This document shows, piece by piece, positions 20,001-28,273 of a DNA stretch of 64,000 bases. The notes beneath the pieces are model-generated. The model saw only the letters and a program-made list of their open reading frames with translations, was not told the DNA's origin and searched no databases. How positions within the stretch are numbered: the stretch's first letter is position 1; every line of letters begins with the position of its first letter. Source of the stretch: Verrucomicrobiota bacterium. Lineage in GTDB: Bacteria > Verrucomicrobiota > Verrucomicrobiia > Opitutales > Coraliomargaritaceae. The translations under genes and the position numbers were made by a program. Location: NCBI GenBank assembly GCA_039815375.1, contig JBCBZJ010000018.1, forward strand, positions 1 through 64,000. The letters run 5' to 3'.

Positions 20001-22148
20001 GTTCGAGCGTGCGGGCTTGTCTTCTTGCATAGTCAGGCAGGGCAATGCCTAACCGATCACCTGCAGGAAAGGCTGGACGCTTTTGGCCATATGTTGAGAG
20101 CATTTCCTGATCATCATACGCAGAGGAAATACATTGAGGAGCTAAGCGATGCGATCTCCAAGTTCTGCCTTGAGACTGGGATCTTCGATGAAAAGCTGGC
20201 TCCTCAGGCTGCTGAATATCTGTTCTATGAGATTGTTCAAGATGAAGATATTTATAGTTCCAAGGAGGCCGCTGAGATTTTAGAGAACTTTCGAAAGGAG
20301 TTATCCATCAAGCGAGTGGAGAAGTTCTATCAGCAAGCAATCGAGCAGGTGTCGTCCGATGTTCTTAGCGAGTTCCGCGTAATTCTTGACTGGCTCGAAG
20401 GCTTTGCCACGACGCATTCTTTGAGCCAGGAAACGCGCGCGTTTCTTCCTGAGGCTGCGGCGCATTTTGTGAAGGGTGGGCTTGAGCGCCGCCGCATTCT
20501 CGATGTAGCAATTAAACATGATATCAAAGGGCTCAAGGGGACTCACGGTGCCGTGGGAGAGGGTGGTATCTACCATTTCAATTATCTGGAGTTTATGGAA
20601 CGTCTGCGGGCATTCGAATCCGGAGATCAGGCATTGTTTTTTTCTTACGAGGCCAGAAAAAAGCATGTGCTAGCAGAAAGTACTGAGGAGCTTCGACTGA
20701 GGGAGTTTAAGCCCCAGGTCTTGAGCGCTTTTGTTCGAAACCGCCTGCTAGATGAAGTTTATCTACCATTGATCGGGGACAATCTAGCGAAGCAAATTGG
20801 TAGCACCGGTGAAAATACGCGGACGGACCGTATGGGCCTTCTCCTCCTTATCTCGCCTCCGGGCTATGGTAAGACGACGCTGATGGAATACGTTGCGAAC
20901 CGCTTGGGTATAACATTTGTCAAGGTAAACGGGCCATCCCTTGGGCATGACGTCACGTCTCTAGATCCTTCGCAGTGCGCTAACTCTGCGGCTCGTCAGG
21001 AGGTCGAGAAAATTAATCTAGCCTTCGAGATGGGGGACAATGTGCTCATCTACCTTGACGATATTCAGCACACGAATCCTGAGCTGCTCCAAAAGTTCAT
21101 CTCGCTTTGTGATGGCACGCGAAGAATTGAGGGTGTCTACAAAGGCAAGTCCCGGACCTACGATTTCCGGGGTCGAAAGGTTGCTGTGGTTATGGCAGGT
21201 AATCCATATACCGAAACTGGTGGAAAGTTCCAAATTCCGGACATGTTGGCGAATCGCGCTGACACCTATAATCTGGGTGATATTATCGGCGAGAACAGCA
21301 AGTATTTCGAGGCGTCGTATGTAGAGAATTCACTAACATCGAATCGCACCTTGGGGATTCTTGCCGGTAAGTCCCGGAAGGATGTCTATGCAGTCATGCA
21401 GATTGCGGAGACGGGTCAACGCGAGGGAGTAAGCTTCGAATCGTCGTATTCTATGGAAGAGATCAACGATATGGTTTCTGTGATGAAGAAGATGATGCGT
21501 GTTCGAGATACCATTCTCCGTGTCAATCTTGAGTATGTGGGATCTGCCGCACAGGCGGATGACTATAGAACAGAGCCTTCGTTTAAGCTTCAGGGATCGT
21601 ATCGTAACATGAACCGGATCGCAGAGAAACTCTTGCCGATCATGACCGATGAGGAGGTTGAGCAATTGATCATCGACCACTACACAGGTGAAGCGCAGAC
21701 CTTGACCAACGGAGCCGAAGCCAATTTGCTCAAGTTCAAAGAAATTGAAGGCAAGTTGAGCGTTGAAGACCTGAGCCGCTGGAACGAGATCAAGAAACGC
21801 TTCAATCGTAAGAAATTACTCGGAGGAAGCGAGGGTGACCCCGTGAATCGTGTGGTGGCACAGCTAGCCGATTTCAATGAAGGGCTAAACGAGATCGGTA
21901 GCGAGATTGCGAAGGGCAACAGTTCGAATCAGGACGGTATTAGCCAAGCGCTGAATCATCTCGCGGAGACTATCCAGAGCCAGTCGGCCCTTCCGAAGGA
22001 TGGAATAGTTGATGTCGGGCCGGGCTCACGTGAGCTTAGCGTAAAACTGGATAAGTCCTCGGTTACGGTTTTGAATGCCTTACTCGGATCAATGCAATCG
22101 CTGCTGAGTCAGGTCTCCGTCGATAGTGGGAAGGAGGAAAAGAAATAG
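17040..22148 (+). CDS. 1,702-aa uncharacterised protein with a long central coiled coil and a C-terminal AAA+ ATPase domain (AAA_5/MoxR-dynein-like)
   Basis: Single P-loop LLLISPPGYGKTT at nt 20862-20879, a Walker-B-like VLIYLDDIQH (~21043-21072) and an arginine-containing sensor region. About residues 520-900 are heptad-rich (E/L/K/R). I place the start at ATG 17040, which has AGGA 6 nt upstream; the track used an upstream GTG at 16992. The gene lies 93 nt after flotillin with no terminator in the gap. Confidence 0.8.
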   Translation: MGSENSAGDQKLEGGAYEVIRNRLTAQSSELLSRVQKLDQERKKVFGATDTQLLATDRIQTANNCIPRGMIALPGGRFIFGYNVHMGLKSQIEVTDVFAKFRYEPADHSFHEEPLVALQSSEFQADFQYLYKYYKKTFFAKFMISGPHLLMVFQVSEDVRDVKVFKWLIEGESLSYLGNRFEHEYAFPDQHSFTWIRAHRDLHRTGSFPHVSIDDRLFVETTGGDLTIKIEDNTDSGEGIYSEPVENSDQTLDDADIHYASVDSLVFLRIKPYQEKETRYFIYNEKVKEVKRVDSVEHACVLLPEDHGVIFANGYYLHNGEFKRFGDSEGEMTFERVVKAPNGEDYLYVFFQQKEGLYQLLPYNIIAQRVENPIEANGYTIFENGSLTYFKAHEEPQKHHTLQVWQTPYSAEEQAVEATGDSFLFKVGNASIVRCISECHAIYNLLQREEAYEGLYLDLVKSCVTTIDSYFWIGSEEAFDLKDVISHIRDTGQSAIAEFDKVQRIRKSTLDQTKEVQVQARKLFAELAGVQPENVRVFVDHLANLRTLRGEVIGLRELRYVDLTLCQELDEGVSKQMDELAKATVEFLLKEEALVPYRTQLSEAEASIVEVKTAAMAKELLEELDKTGDQLEMLIETVSNLKIEDATETTRIIDSISELFTELNRLKAEVKRNRQELMRKEGSAQFQAQIKLLEQSVANYLDIADEPERCDEFLTKAIVQLEELEGKYAEFDEFIDILADKRAELYNTFESKKTTLQEVRNRRVGKLAQSAQRILGGIENRSKALKEINEINGYFASDLMVDKVRDLVKELKDLGEAMKGDEIITRLKTIQGDAIRQLKDKQDLFVDGENLIKFGKHQFTVNTQALELTSVLRDGDLYLHLSGTQFYEKVEDAELVATKSVWNMHCCSENETVYRAEFLAYKFLESQDDGNYLELADEERLEAIREFMSPRYQEAYTKGLHDLDARLIVDQLMTTHLHIGLLRYGPEVRACGLVFLHSQAGQCLTDHLQERLDAFGHMLRAFPDHHTQRKYIEELSDAISKFCLETGIFDEKLAPQAAEYLFYEIVQDEDIYSSKEAAEILENFRKELSIKRVEKFYQQAIEQVSSDVLSEFRVILDWLEGFATTHSLSQETRAFLPEAAAHFVKGGLERRRILDVAIKHDIKGLKGTHGAVGEGGIYHFNYLEFMERLRAFESGDQALFFSYEARKKHVLAESTEELRLREFKPQVLSAFVRNRLLDEVYLPLIGDNLAKQIGSTGENTRTDRMGLLLLISPPGYGKTTLMEYVANRLGITFVKVNGPSLGHDVTSLDPSQCANSAARQEVEKINLAFEMGDNVLIYLDDIQHTNPELLQKFISLCDGTRRIEGVYKGKSRTYDFRGRKVAVVMAGNPYTETGGKFQIPDMLANRADTYNLGDIIGENSKYFEASYVENSLTSNRTLGILAGKSRKDVYAVMQIAETGQREGVSFESSYSMEEINDMVSVMKKMMRVRDTILRVNLEYVGSAAQADDYRTEPSFKLQGSYRNMNRIAEKLLPIMTDEEVEQLIIDHYTGEAQTLTNGAEANLLKFKEIEGKLSVEDLSRWNEIKKRFNRKKLLGGSEGDPVNRVVAQLADFNEGLNEIGSEIAKGNSSNQDGISQALNHLAETIQSQSALPKDGIVDVGPGSRELSVKLDKSSVTVLNALLGSMQSLLSQVSVDSGKEEKK

Positions 22149-22168
22149 GCCAACCGAGTGGGTTGGCC
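22148..22168. terminator. perfect 8-bp stem hairpin GGCCAACC-gagtg-GGTTGGCC between convergent genes; likely terminator for pspA, possibly bidirectional
   Basis: Read directly. A T-rich tract lies on the minus strand immediately after the stem (complement of gaaaagaaatag). Confidence 0.4.
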
Positions 22169-22195
22169 TACTGTTAGACTAGTAGAGCCTAAAGC

Positions 22196-22945
22196 TCAGC
22201 TTGTCTTATCTTTTTCCTGCTCCTTCTCAGTGATGATGAGTGGAATCTCGTCACCTTCAGATTCAATACCAGTCGTAAATCCAAGCTCTCCGGAGAGGCT
22301 TTTGAGTGCTTCATGTGCGAGTGCTTTCTCTTCGGACTCACTTGGGATATCAAAAGTAGGCATCGCATCCTTCGCAACGCGCTCTCGGCCAGCAGCCTTT
22401 GCACGCGCATCTTCAACCATGTTCTCAAGTCGACTGAGTGTTTCACTAGCGCCACCCATATCGGCTGTCATGCTACTGGCCATTTCCGAGAGGTCTGCTG
22501 TCGCTTCCTTAACCTTAAGCTCGTTGATTTTGCTTTGAAGCGTTTCAATCTTCTTTTGTGCCTCTTTAACGCTCGCTTCCCGGTTTCGAGTCATCTCTTG
22601 GTAAGTCCGCTCTGAGGCTTCCAGTTGATCGCGGTTTGTCGCCAGCTCTGTGCGAACTTCGTTGAGTTTGAGTGCTTGCCTGCCCGCAAGCTCTTGATTG
22701 CCGGCTGTTACGTTTGACTTAATCTTTGTCAATAGTTGCGTCTCCTGTTCTTCCTGACCTTTGACCTGAGCAATCAACTTCTCAACCATTGCTGCATGGG
22801 CAGCAAGACCCTGATTATAACGTTGAATTTGCTTTCGAAGATTCTCCTTCTCTGCCCCTAGGAGCGCATCGGGGTTTGTTTTCTCTAGTTCTGTGATAGC
22901 AGAACCAAAGATGCTTTTGAAAAAATGTAAGATTCTTTTTATCAT
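22196..22945 (-). CDS. pspA: PspA/IM30 (Vipp1) family protein, bacterial ESCRT-III-like
   Basis: N-terminal amphipathic helix and the ELEKTNPDALL...ENLRKQIQRY...A block are similar to PspA/Vipp1 (KAEDPEKVL...). The protein is predicted coiled coil throughout. 249 aa. Confidence 0.7.
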   Translation of the reverse strand: MIKRILHFFKSIFGSAITELEKTNPDALLGAEKENLRKQIQRYNQGLAAHAAMVEKLIAQVKGQEEQETQLLTKIKSNVTAGNQELAGRQALKLNEVRTELATNRDQLEASERTYQEMTRNREASVKEAQKKIETLQSKINELKVKEATADLSEMASSMTADMGGASETLSRLENMVEDARAKAAGRERVAKDAMPTFDIPSESEEKALAHEALKSLSGELGFTTGIESEGDEIPLIITEKEQEKDKTS

Positions 22946-23128
22946 TTCACCAGCATACTAAGCCATTTTCTGCTTACCATTATAAATTTCTTCAATTTTT
23001 CTCCTCCATAGAGCAAATAGACATTACGAATCTGCCATACTAGTTTCAAAGGCTGAATCCCACTTTCGCAAGTGGCAGATAAACAAAGCTAAGTGAAATT
23101 AGGTGCAAATTTAGGAAAACTGAAAGCC

Positions 23129-23166
23129 GGTTCAAGTCCTGCCCAGAGCACTACTGCAATTGTATC
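23129..23166 (+). repeat. right copy of the imperfect 38-bp direct repeat of the tRNA-Leu 3' end; candidate attR remnant
   Basis: GGTTCAAGTCCTGCCCAGAGCACTACTGCAATTGTATC. The T-arm-like part cannot base-pair (CCGG/CCTG), so it is not a second tRNA. Confidence 0.45.
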
Positions 23167-23274
23167 TGTGATTATTCATGCGGATGTCTTTTTTGCGGGA
23201 TTTTTTGAACGGAGGACTAGTTTTCGCGTCTATCTATGCATAACACTTAGTTGTAGTTAGTTTGTTGTTTAGAA

Positions 23275-23305
23275 ATGCCGTCCATCCGGGCGGCATTTTT
23301 TTTTT
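23275..23305 (+). terminator. rho-independent terminator (ATGCCG...CGGCAT stem plus T10)
   Basis: atgccgtccatccgggcggcat followed by ten T. There is no same-strand CDS within 1.1 kb upstream. Confidence 0.6.
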
Positions 23306-23367
23306 GCAAAGCGGAAACTCTCTGAAACTGGGGTTGCCAGTCCGGATAATTTGTTTAATTTAGTGGC

Positions 23368-23820
23368 ATGCCCCTCAAAAAAGTTAGTGTTTCTGTTCTC
23401 CTGAAAGAGAAAAGCTCCTCGGTCTACTGTGTCTCCGAGGAGACCACGGTTGATGCCGCTGTTGCTGAGATGAATCGTTATCGCATCGGTTCGATCATGG
23501 TCAAGAAAGACGGCAAGATAGTCGGTATATTCACGGAACGTGACGTATTGACCAGATTGGTTTCTGCGGGGCGCGATCCCAAAACGACTGATGTTCGGGA
23601 AGTGATGACGCGGGATTTCAAGCAGATTCAACCCGATACATCCGTTGAGGACGCGATGCAGTTGATCACGGACAAACGCGTGCGGCACTTGCCGGTGCTG
23701 AATGGCGACGAGCTGGTTGGAATGATATCAATCGGCGATGTCACTCGCTGGCTACTGAAAGTGAACGAGATGGAGGCAGAGAACCTCCGCCGATATGTTT
23801 TTTCGGAGTATCCGGGCTGA
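23368..23820 (+). CDS. CBS domain pair protein
   Basis: Two CBS motifs (IGSIMVKKDGKIVGIFTERDV; RHLPVLNGDELVGMISIGDV). Confidence 0.8.
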   Translation: MPLKKVSVSVLLKEKSSSVYCVSEETTVDAAVAEMNRYRIGSIMVKKDGKIVGIFTERDVLTRLVSAGRDPKTTDVREVMTRDFKQIQPDTSVEDAMQLITDKRVRHLPVLNGDELVGMISIGDVTRWLLKVNEMEAENLRRYVFSEYPG

Positions 23821-23885
23821 TCCGTGACAAGTTTGTTTGATTGTTACGAAATAGAGTCTTTTTGCTTGCAAATCGTAACATAGGC

Positions 23886-24404
23886 ATGTGTCTAAAAAAT
23901 GTGCCTAATGTTTACACTAAGTTATTTCGCCGAAAAAAAAGTAGTCTCTTAGTTAATCGAATCGAAGCTTCGCAGGATTCGGAAAAGAACTCTGCTCATG
24001 ATGCCTCCGGAGATGGCTCAGATGACTCACGAGCGCTTCAGGTTTGGATCTATCCGGATACGCCGGAATTAAAAAAGCAGACACTTATGCGCCCGCGCCA
24101 GATACACGGTCCGGTATTTACAATCGGTCGACGTAAATCAAGCTCTACGATCAATAGCATGGAGTCGCTACCGGATTTGTGCATCAACGATCAACAGCCC
24201 TATTCGGTTTCTAGAAATCATTGTCAAATCGAGCTTCGTTCCGGTCGTGTCTTTTTGAAAGATCTGGATAGTCGTATAGGCACCCGATTGGGAGACAAGC
24301 GTCTGGGAGGTGGAAGCAGCTTCAGTGTGGGTGTAGGTGAGCACAAGTTGATTTTGGGCAGGCAGAGTAAAGGTTATTGTTTCCGGTTGGTCGTTTCTGA
24401 GTAG
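23886..24404 (+). CDS. FHA domain protein; start uncertain
   Basis: FHA core GPVFTIGR...SVSRNHCQIE...GRVFLKDLDSRIGTRL. The ATG at 23886 is the first ATG. ATG 24087 would give the domain alone. The track start at 23841 is a TTG. Confidence 0.6.
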   Translation: MCLKNVPNVYTKLFRRKKSSLLVNRIEASQDSEKNSAHDASGDGSDDSRALQVWIYPDTPELKKQTLMRPRQIHGPVFTIGRRKSSSTINSMESLPDLCINDQQPYSVSRNHCQIELRSGRVFLKDLDSRIGTRLGDKRLGGGSSFSVGVGEHKLILGRQSKGYCFRLVVSE

Positions 24405-24496
24405 AGCGGCGTTTTCTGCAATCGGCTTGACTCGTCGCATCGAGTGCGTCGACATTTCCGCTTTAAATCGCAATCTCTCAGTAGAAAGGAATTCAG

Positions 24497-24805
24497 ATGG
24501 CTGGTGTCGGAAAATTACTCAAACAAGCTCAAAAAATGCAGAAACAGATGGAGGCTATTCAGCAGGAGCTTGCTGAGACTGTCTTGGAGGTTTCCAGCGG
24601 TGGCGGTGCCATTACTATAAAAGTTAATGGGCAGGGCGAGTTTCAGAATTTTAAAATCGACCCGGAGTTTCTCAAAGAGGATGCCGAATTTGTCGAAGAA
24701 ACTCTGCTTTCGGCGGTTCAGGAAGCTGCGACAAAGGCTAAAGAAACCAGCGAAGAAGCCATGGGTGCTGTAACCGGTGGCATGGGAGGCTTTCCGGGCT
24801 TGTAG
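24497..24805 (+). CDS. ybaB: YbaB/EbfC nucleoid-associated protein
   Basis: LLKQAQKMQKQMEAIQQEL...GGGAITIKVNG signature. AAAGGA RBS. Confidence 0.9.
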   Translation: MAGVGKLLKQAQKMQKQMEAIQQELAETVLEVSSGGGAITIKVNGQGEFQNFKIDPEFLKEDAEFVEETLLSAVQEAATKAKETSEEAMGAVTGGMGGFPGL

Positions 24806-24817
24806 GATTCAGTCACT

Positions 24818-25414
24818 TTGACGCCTGCTTACGATAGCTTGTTGCAGCAGCTCAAGCGCTTGCCGGGTCTAGGCTATCGCTCGGCCGAGCGAATCGCTAT
24901 GCATCTCTTGGTTGAGAGTCCGGAAGAGTTATCCGAGCTGATTGATTCTTTAGGTAACGCGAGATCCGCAGTTGGCCGTTGCAGGATCTGTGGGAATATC
25001 GCTGAAGATGAGATCTGCGGGATTTGTGCTGATGAAAGGCGCGACAGAAATAAGGTCTGTGTTGTCGAGCATGTCCCGGATCTGCTTGCAATTGAGCGCT
25101 CGGCAGCCTGGAAGGGCACTTACCATGTGCTGCACGGCAAACTCTCGCCGATTCATGGTGTAGGTCCTGAGAAATTGAACTTCAAGGCACTCAAGCAGCG
25201 TATTGAGGCCGGTGAGATCGCGGAGTTTGTGCTCGCGTTGTCGAACGATATCGAAGGTCAAGCTACTTGCCACTACATCCAGGAAGAACTGGTGGGTGAT
25301 CGCCCTATTGAAGTGACTCGGATCGGGTTCGGCTTGCCCAGTGGGGGCGGTGTGACCTATGCGGACTCGGTAACTTTACGAAGTGCACTTGAGGGACGCA
25401 CAGCCTACGAATAG
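24818..25414 (+). CDS. recR: recombination protein RecR
   Basis: HhH motif LPGLGYRSAERIAMHLL, a C4 zinc finger CRICGNIAEDEICGIC and a Toprim domain. It has a TTG start in the track and is immediately downstream of ybaB. Confidence 0.9.
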   Translation: MTPAYDSLLQQLKRLPGLGYRSAERIAMHLLVESPEELSELIDSLGNARSAVGRCRICGNIAEDEICGICADERRDRNKVCVVEHVPDLLAIERSAAWKGTYHVLHGKLSPIHGVGPEKLNFKALKQRIEAGEIAEFVLALSNDIEGQATCHYIQEELVGDRPIEVTRIGFGLPSGGGVTYADSVTLRSALEGRTAYE

Positions 25415-25420
25415 AACCAA

Positions 25421-26812
25421 TTAAAGGGCAATTTCCTCAGCGATATCTTCAAGAGGATAGGTCCAGATTTCAGAAAGGGTGGGATGATACCAGTGCACTT
25501 TGAGGAGGTCGCTCACCTTTGCTTTCAAGCTCACCGCCACAGCCATTGCATGGATCAGTTCGCCGGCATCTTTACTGACGCATTCAGCGCCTAAGACGAC
25601 ACCACTACTTTTTTCGGCCAGAACCTTCACATATCCAGCCTTTGCTTCCATCAAAATCGATTTCCCATGGTCATCGAAGGGGAAGTCTGCACTCAAGTAG
25701 TCTATACCTTGCTCTTTCAGTTGCGCTTCGCTGAGTCCGACCTGCCCGATTTGAGGGTCAGTGAAGACAACACCGAGTAGGGTATCATAGTCGACGGGTT
25801 CTGCAGCTCGTCCTGTCGCGTGACGTGCGGCAAGTTCGCCCTGCAGGATGGCGACGTGCACAATTTCATGAGGCCCAGCGACATCACCGCAGGCATAGAC
25901 TTTTGGGTTCGTCGTCTGCTGGTTGACATCGCAGGCGATATGCCCACTGGGCAGAGTTTCTATGCCAGCGGCATCAAGTCCGAGCCCGTCTGATGCAGGC
26001 TTTCGTCCCAGTGCATTTAGCAAGTAGGGTGCAGAAACAGTGTGCCTTTCATCAGCCATCTTGAAATTGACCGTGAATATTCCTTCTGTGTGGCGAAGAT
26101 CTTCGAGTTGTGTCTCCGTGTAGAGTTCGATGTTCTCTTCTCTAAAGGTTGCCTCGATTACCTCGGCAGCCTCTGGAGAAGCTTCTTTGAGAATACGAGG
26201 GCTGCGTTGGATTTGGATAACTTCGCTTCCTGCGCGTTTAAGAAATTGTGCGAGTTCGCAGGCTACAATACCGCCACCCAGCACGATAATCTTTTCGGGA
26301 AGAAAATCCAATTCGAGTATGTCGTCGCTGGTCCAGTAGGGCACATCGGTTATTCCTTGTATTGATGGAACCGATACGACTGACCCCGTCGAAATCATAA
26401 ACTTATCAGCCGTGAGTAGCTTTCCATCGTCGAGTTTAATGGTATTCGTATCGACGAAGCGGGCCTGACTGCGAAATAGCGTAAAACGATCACTTTCAAG
26501 TTGTTCCTGACGGTAGCTGGCAAACTCTTCAATCGTATCGAGCTTTCGTTGATGGAGCGCTGGCATGTCGACTTTTGCATCCTTTATACTCAAGCCGAAA
26601 CGCTTTCCTTTCTGCGCAAGATGGAGCACTTCTGCAGAGTAGATAAGTGTTTTTGAAGGCATGCAGCCTCGAAGAATACACAGCCCTCCAAGTTCTTCAG
26701 CGCCGTCGACAATTGCGACGCGCTCACATACTTCTCGAGCCGTTCTGGCGGCTGCATACCCTCCGCTGCCTCCGCCGATGACAATAAAATCAAAGTGTTC
26801 TGGCTGGTTCAT
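25421..26812 (-). CDS. FAD-dependent pyridine nucleotide-disulfide oxidoreductase (dihydrolipoyl dehydrogenase/mercuric reductase class)
   Basis: GGGSGG FAD motif and a redox-active disulfide GGLCILRGCMPSK. 463 aa with a dimerisation domain. Confidence 0.75.
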   Translation of the reverse strand: MNQPEHFDFIVIGGGSGGYAAARTAREVCERVAIVDGAEELGGLCILRGCMPSKTLIYSAEVLHLAQKGKRFGLSIKDAKVDMPALHQRKLDTIEEFASYRQEQLESDRFTLFRSQARFVDTNTIKLDDGKLLTADKFMISTGSVVSVPSIQGITDVPYWTSDDILELDFLPEKIIVLGGGIVACELAQFLKRAGSEVIQIQRSPRILKEASPEAAEVIEATFREENIELYTETQLEDLRHTEGIFTVNFKMADERHTVSAPYLLNALGRKPASDGLGLDAAGIETLPSGHIACDVNQQTTNPKVYACGDVAGPHEIVHVAILQGELAARHATGRAAEPVDYDTLLGVVFTDPQIGQVGLSEAQLKEQGIDYLSADFPFDDHGKSILMEAKAGYVKVLAEKSSGVVLGAECVSKDAGELIHAMAVAVSLKAKVSDLLKVHWYHPTLSEIWTYPLEDIAEEIAL

Positions 26813-28270
26813 CTATTTGAATCGATATTCTGAAGCTTTGTTGTGAAAAGGCACGCGTCGCTTACTTGCCGGTGTAACAAGGGTAGGTCTCGGCGCATCA
26901 ACTTCATCGGCCCGATTGCGGGTGATGTCAGCCCACCGCAGAGCGATGAAAAGCGATGTAAAGAAGCTAAAGCAAACTGTGGGTGACATAAATGGAGTAT
27001 CGCCAAAGGATAAGCCGACGATAACGGCACATCCAATGAGTAAGTGGTTTGTCAGTTGTATGTCGTGGCGACCTCTGACATAACGAAAGATGAGGATGAG
27101 GATCAAAGTAATCGGAAACGCGACGCCGATTAAGCCTACTTCTGAAAGGAATTGGAAGAGGTCGTGCTCAGCACGCTCATAGTTTTGACCGACGAGGAGA
27201 TCGCTTCCGTAGAGAGGCAGGAGAATTTCGAAGCTATCAATTCCCCATCCGAAAAGCGGACTTTCCTTGAAGAGGTCAAGTGCTGCCTGCCGCAAGCTCT
27301 CGCGATCCATCGGGTGCACGGGTTTCTGGAAAATCGTGATTAGTGCGGATGCGAACATTGCCGAAGAAGCCAAGCCGGTAAGTATGCTGATGGGGCGTGA
27401 GTTGGGATCTTTGATCTTAATAAGAAAATTCATCGAGACTAACATCAGCATCGCCGACAGAGTCAGCATGAGTAGAGCCGCTGGCCATCGGGCTTCGACC
27501 AGATAAGCAGTTGAGCCGAGCAATATCCCACCACTTAGATACCACGGTCCGGTTGACTCGATAAACGGTGGGCTGTCATTGTAACGGCTCACAAGAAGCG
27601 ACATACTAATGTTGATACAGGTCCAAATAATCGCGAATGCGGCCCAGTGACCATCGTAAGGATAGCAACTGAAAAAGTCTAACTGGCCTGTTCCGTCAGT
27701 AAAGAGCGGAGCGGAAAGAGTCAGACCTTCTTGTATATAGCCAAAAATTGCGACCAGAACAGAACTGAGGCAGAGCCAAGGGAGCAGGCGCTCGAAGAAA
27801 GCACGTGACTTTGGCACAATGAAGAGGTTGATCGTTACAAGATAGACCGCACAATATCCGAGCATCGTTGTCCAAGTGCTCTGGCTTCCAGTGCTGATTG
27901 GCAGCCAGCTTGTGACCGGCTCAAGATGCATAAACTCTTCTTTACCTACACGGACCGTGCTGACCGGATCCTGAAATATGCCGACCAGATATTGCATAAG
28001 CAAGATCCACAAAGGCGCTGTGCAGAGCCAGAATTTTGGCCAGAGAAAGTTAACAAAAAAGGGGTGGGTGGCCTCGTGGGTCTTGAGAATGACTACGGTC
28101 ATGCCTCCGGCAATGAGGAAAAGCCCCAAGAGCCAGTAAGAGCGGGGGTCAGCGAGCCAGAAAGTCAGGTTCGCGGTAATGAGGATAGTCGTGAAAAGAA
28201 GATTCTCCGCCGGAGTGAAAGTATCACGAAGGAGTATATCACGAGGGAGTAGATTGACGTTTTGTCCCAT
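26813..28270 (-). CDS. O-antigen ligase/polymerase-like (Wzy_C) polytopic membrane protein
   Basis: About 10-12 TM helices with a large periplasmic loop. General Wzy_C-like organisation. Confidence 0.55.
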   Translation of the reverse strand: MGQNVNLLPRDILLRDTFTPAENLLFTTILITANLTFWLADPRSYWLLGLFLIAGGMTVVILKTHEATHPFFVNFLWPKFWLCTAPLWILLMQYLVGIFQDPVSTVRVGKEEFMHLEPVTSWLPISTGSQSTWTTMLGYCAVYLVTINLFIVPKSRAFFERLLPWLCLSSVLVAIFGYIQEGLTLSAPLFTDGTGQLDFFSCYPYDGHWAAFAIIWTCINISMSLLVSRYNDSPPFIESTGPWYLSGGILLGSTAYLVEARWPAALLMLTLSAMLMLVSMNFLIKIKDPNSRPISILTGLASSAMFASALITIFQKPVHPMDRESLRQAALDLFKESPLFGWGIDSFEILLPLYGSDLLVGQNYERAEHDLFQFLSEVGLIGVAFPITLILILIFRYVRGRHDIQLTNHLLIGCAVIVGLSFGDTPFMSPTVCFSFFTSLFIALRWADITRNRADEVDAPRPTLVTPASKRRVPFHNKASEYRFK

Positions 28271-28273
28271 GGT

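Noticed and set aside
22946-23150. Looked for a sigma54 (-24 TGGCAC / -12 TTGCA) promoter upstream of pspA, as in enterobacterial psp operons
   Set aside because: No properly spaced GG-N10-GC element was found on either strand. Only a TATAAT-like hexamer lies about 40 nt upstream of the ATG. No bEBP (PspF-like) gene is present.
23127-23152. Possible second tRNA gene or tRNA pseudogene containing GGTTCAAGTCC
   Set aside because: No cloverleaf can be drawn. The T-stem halves CCGG/CCTG do not pair, and there is no acceptor or anticodon arm. It is better explained as a degenerate direct repeat of the tRNA-Leu 3' end (att-like).
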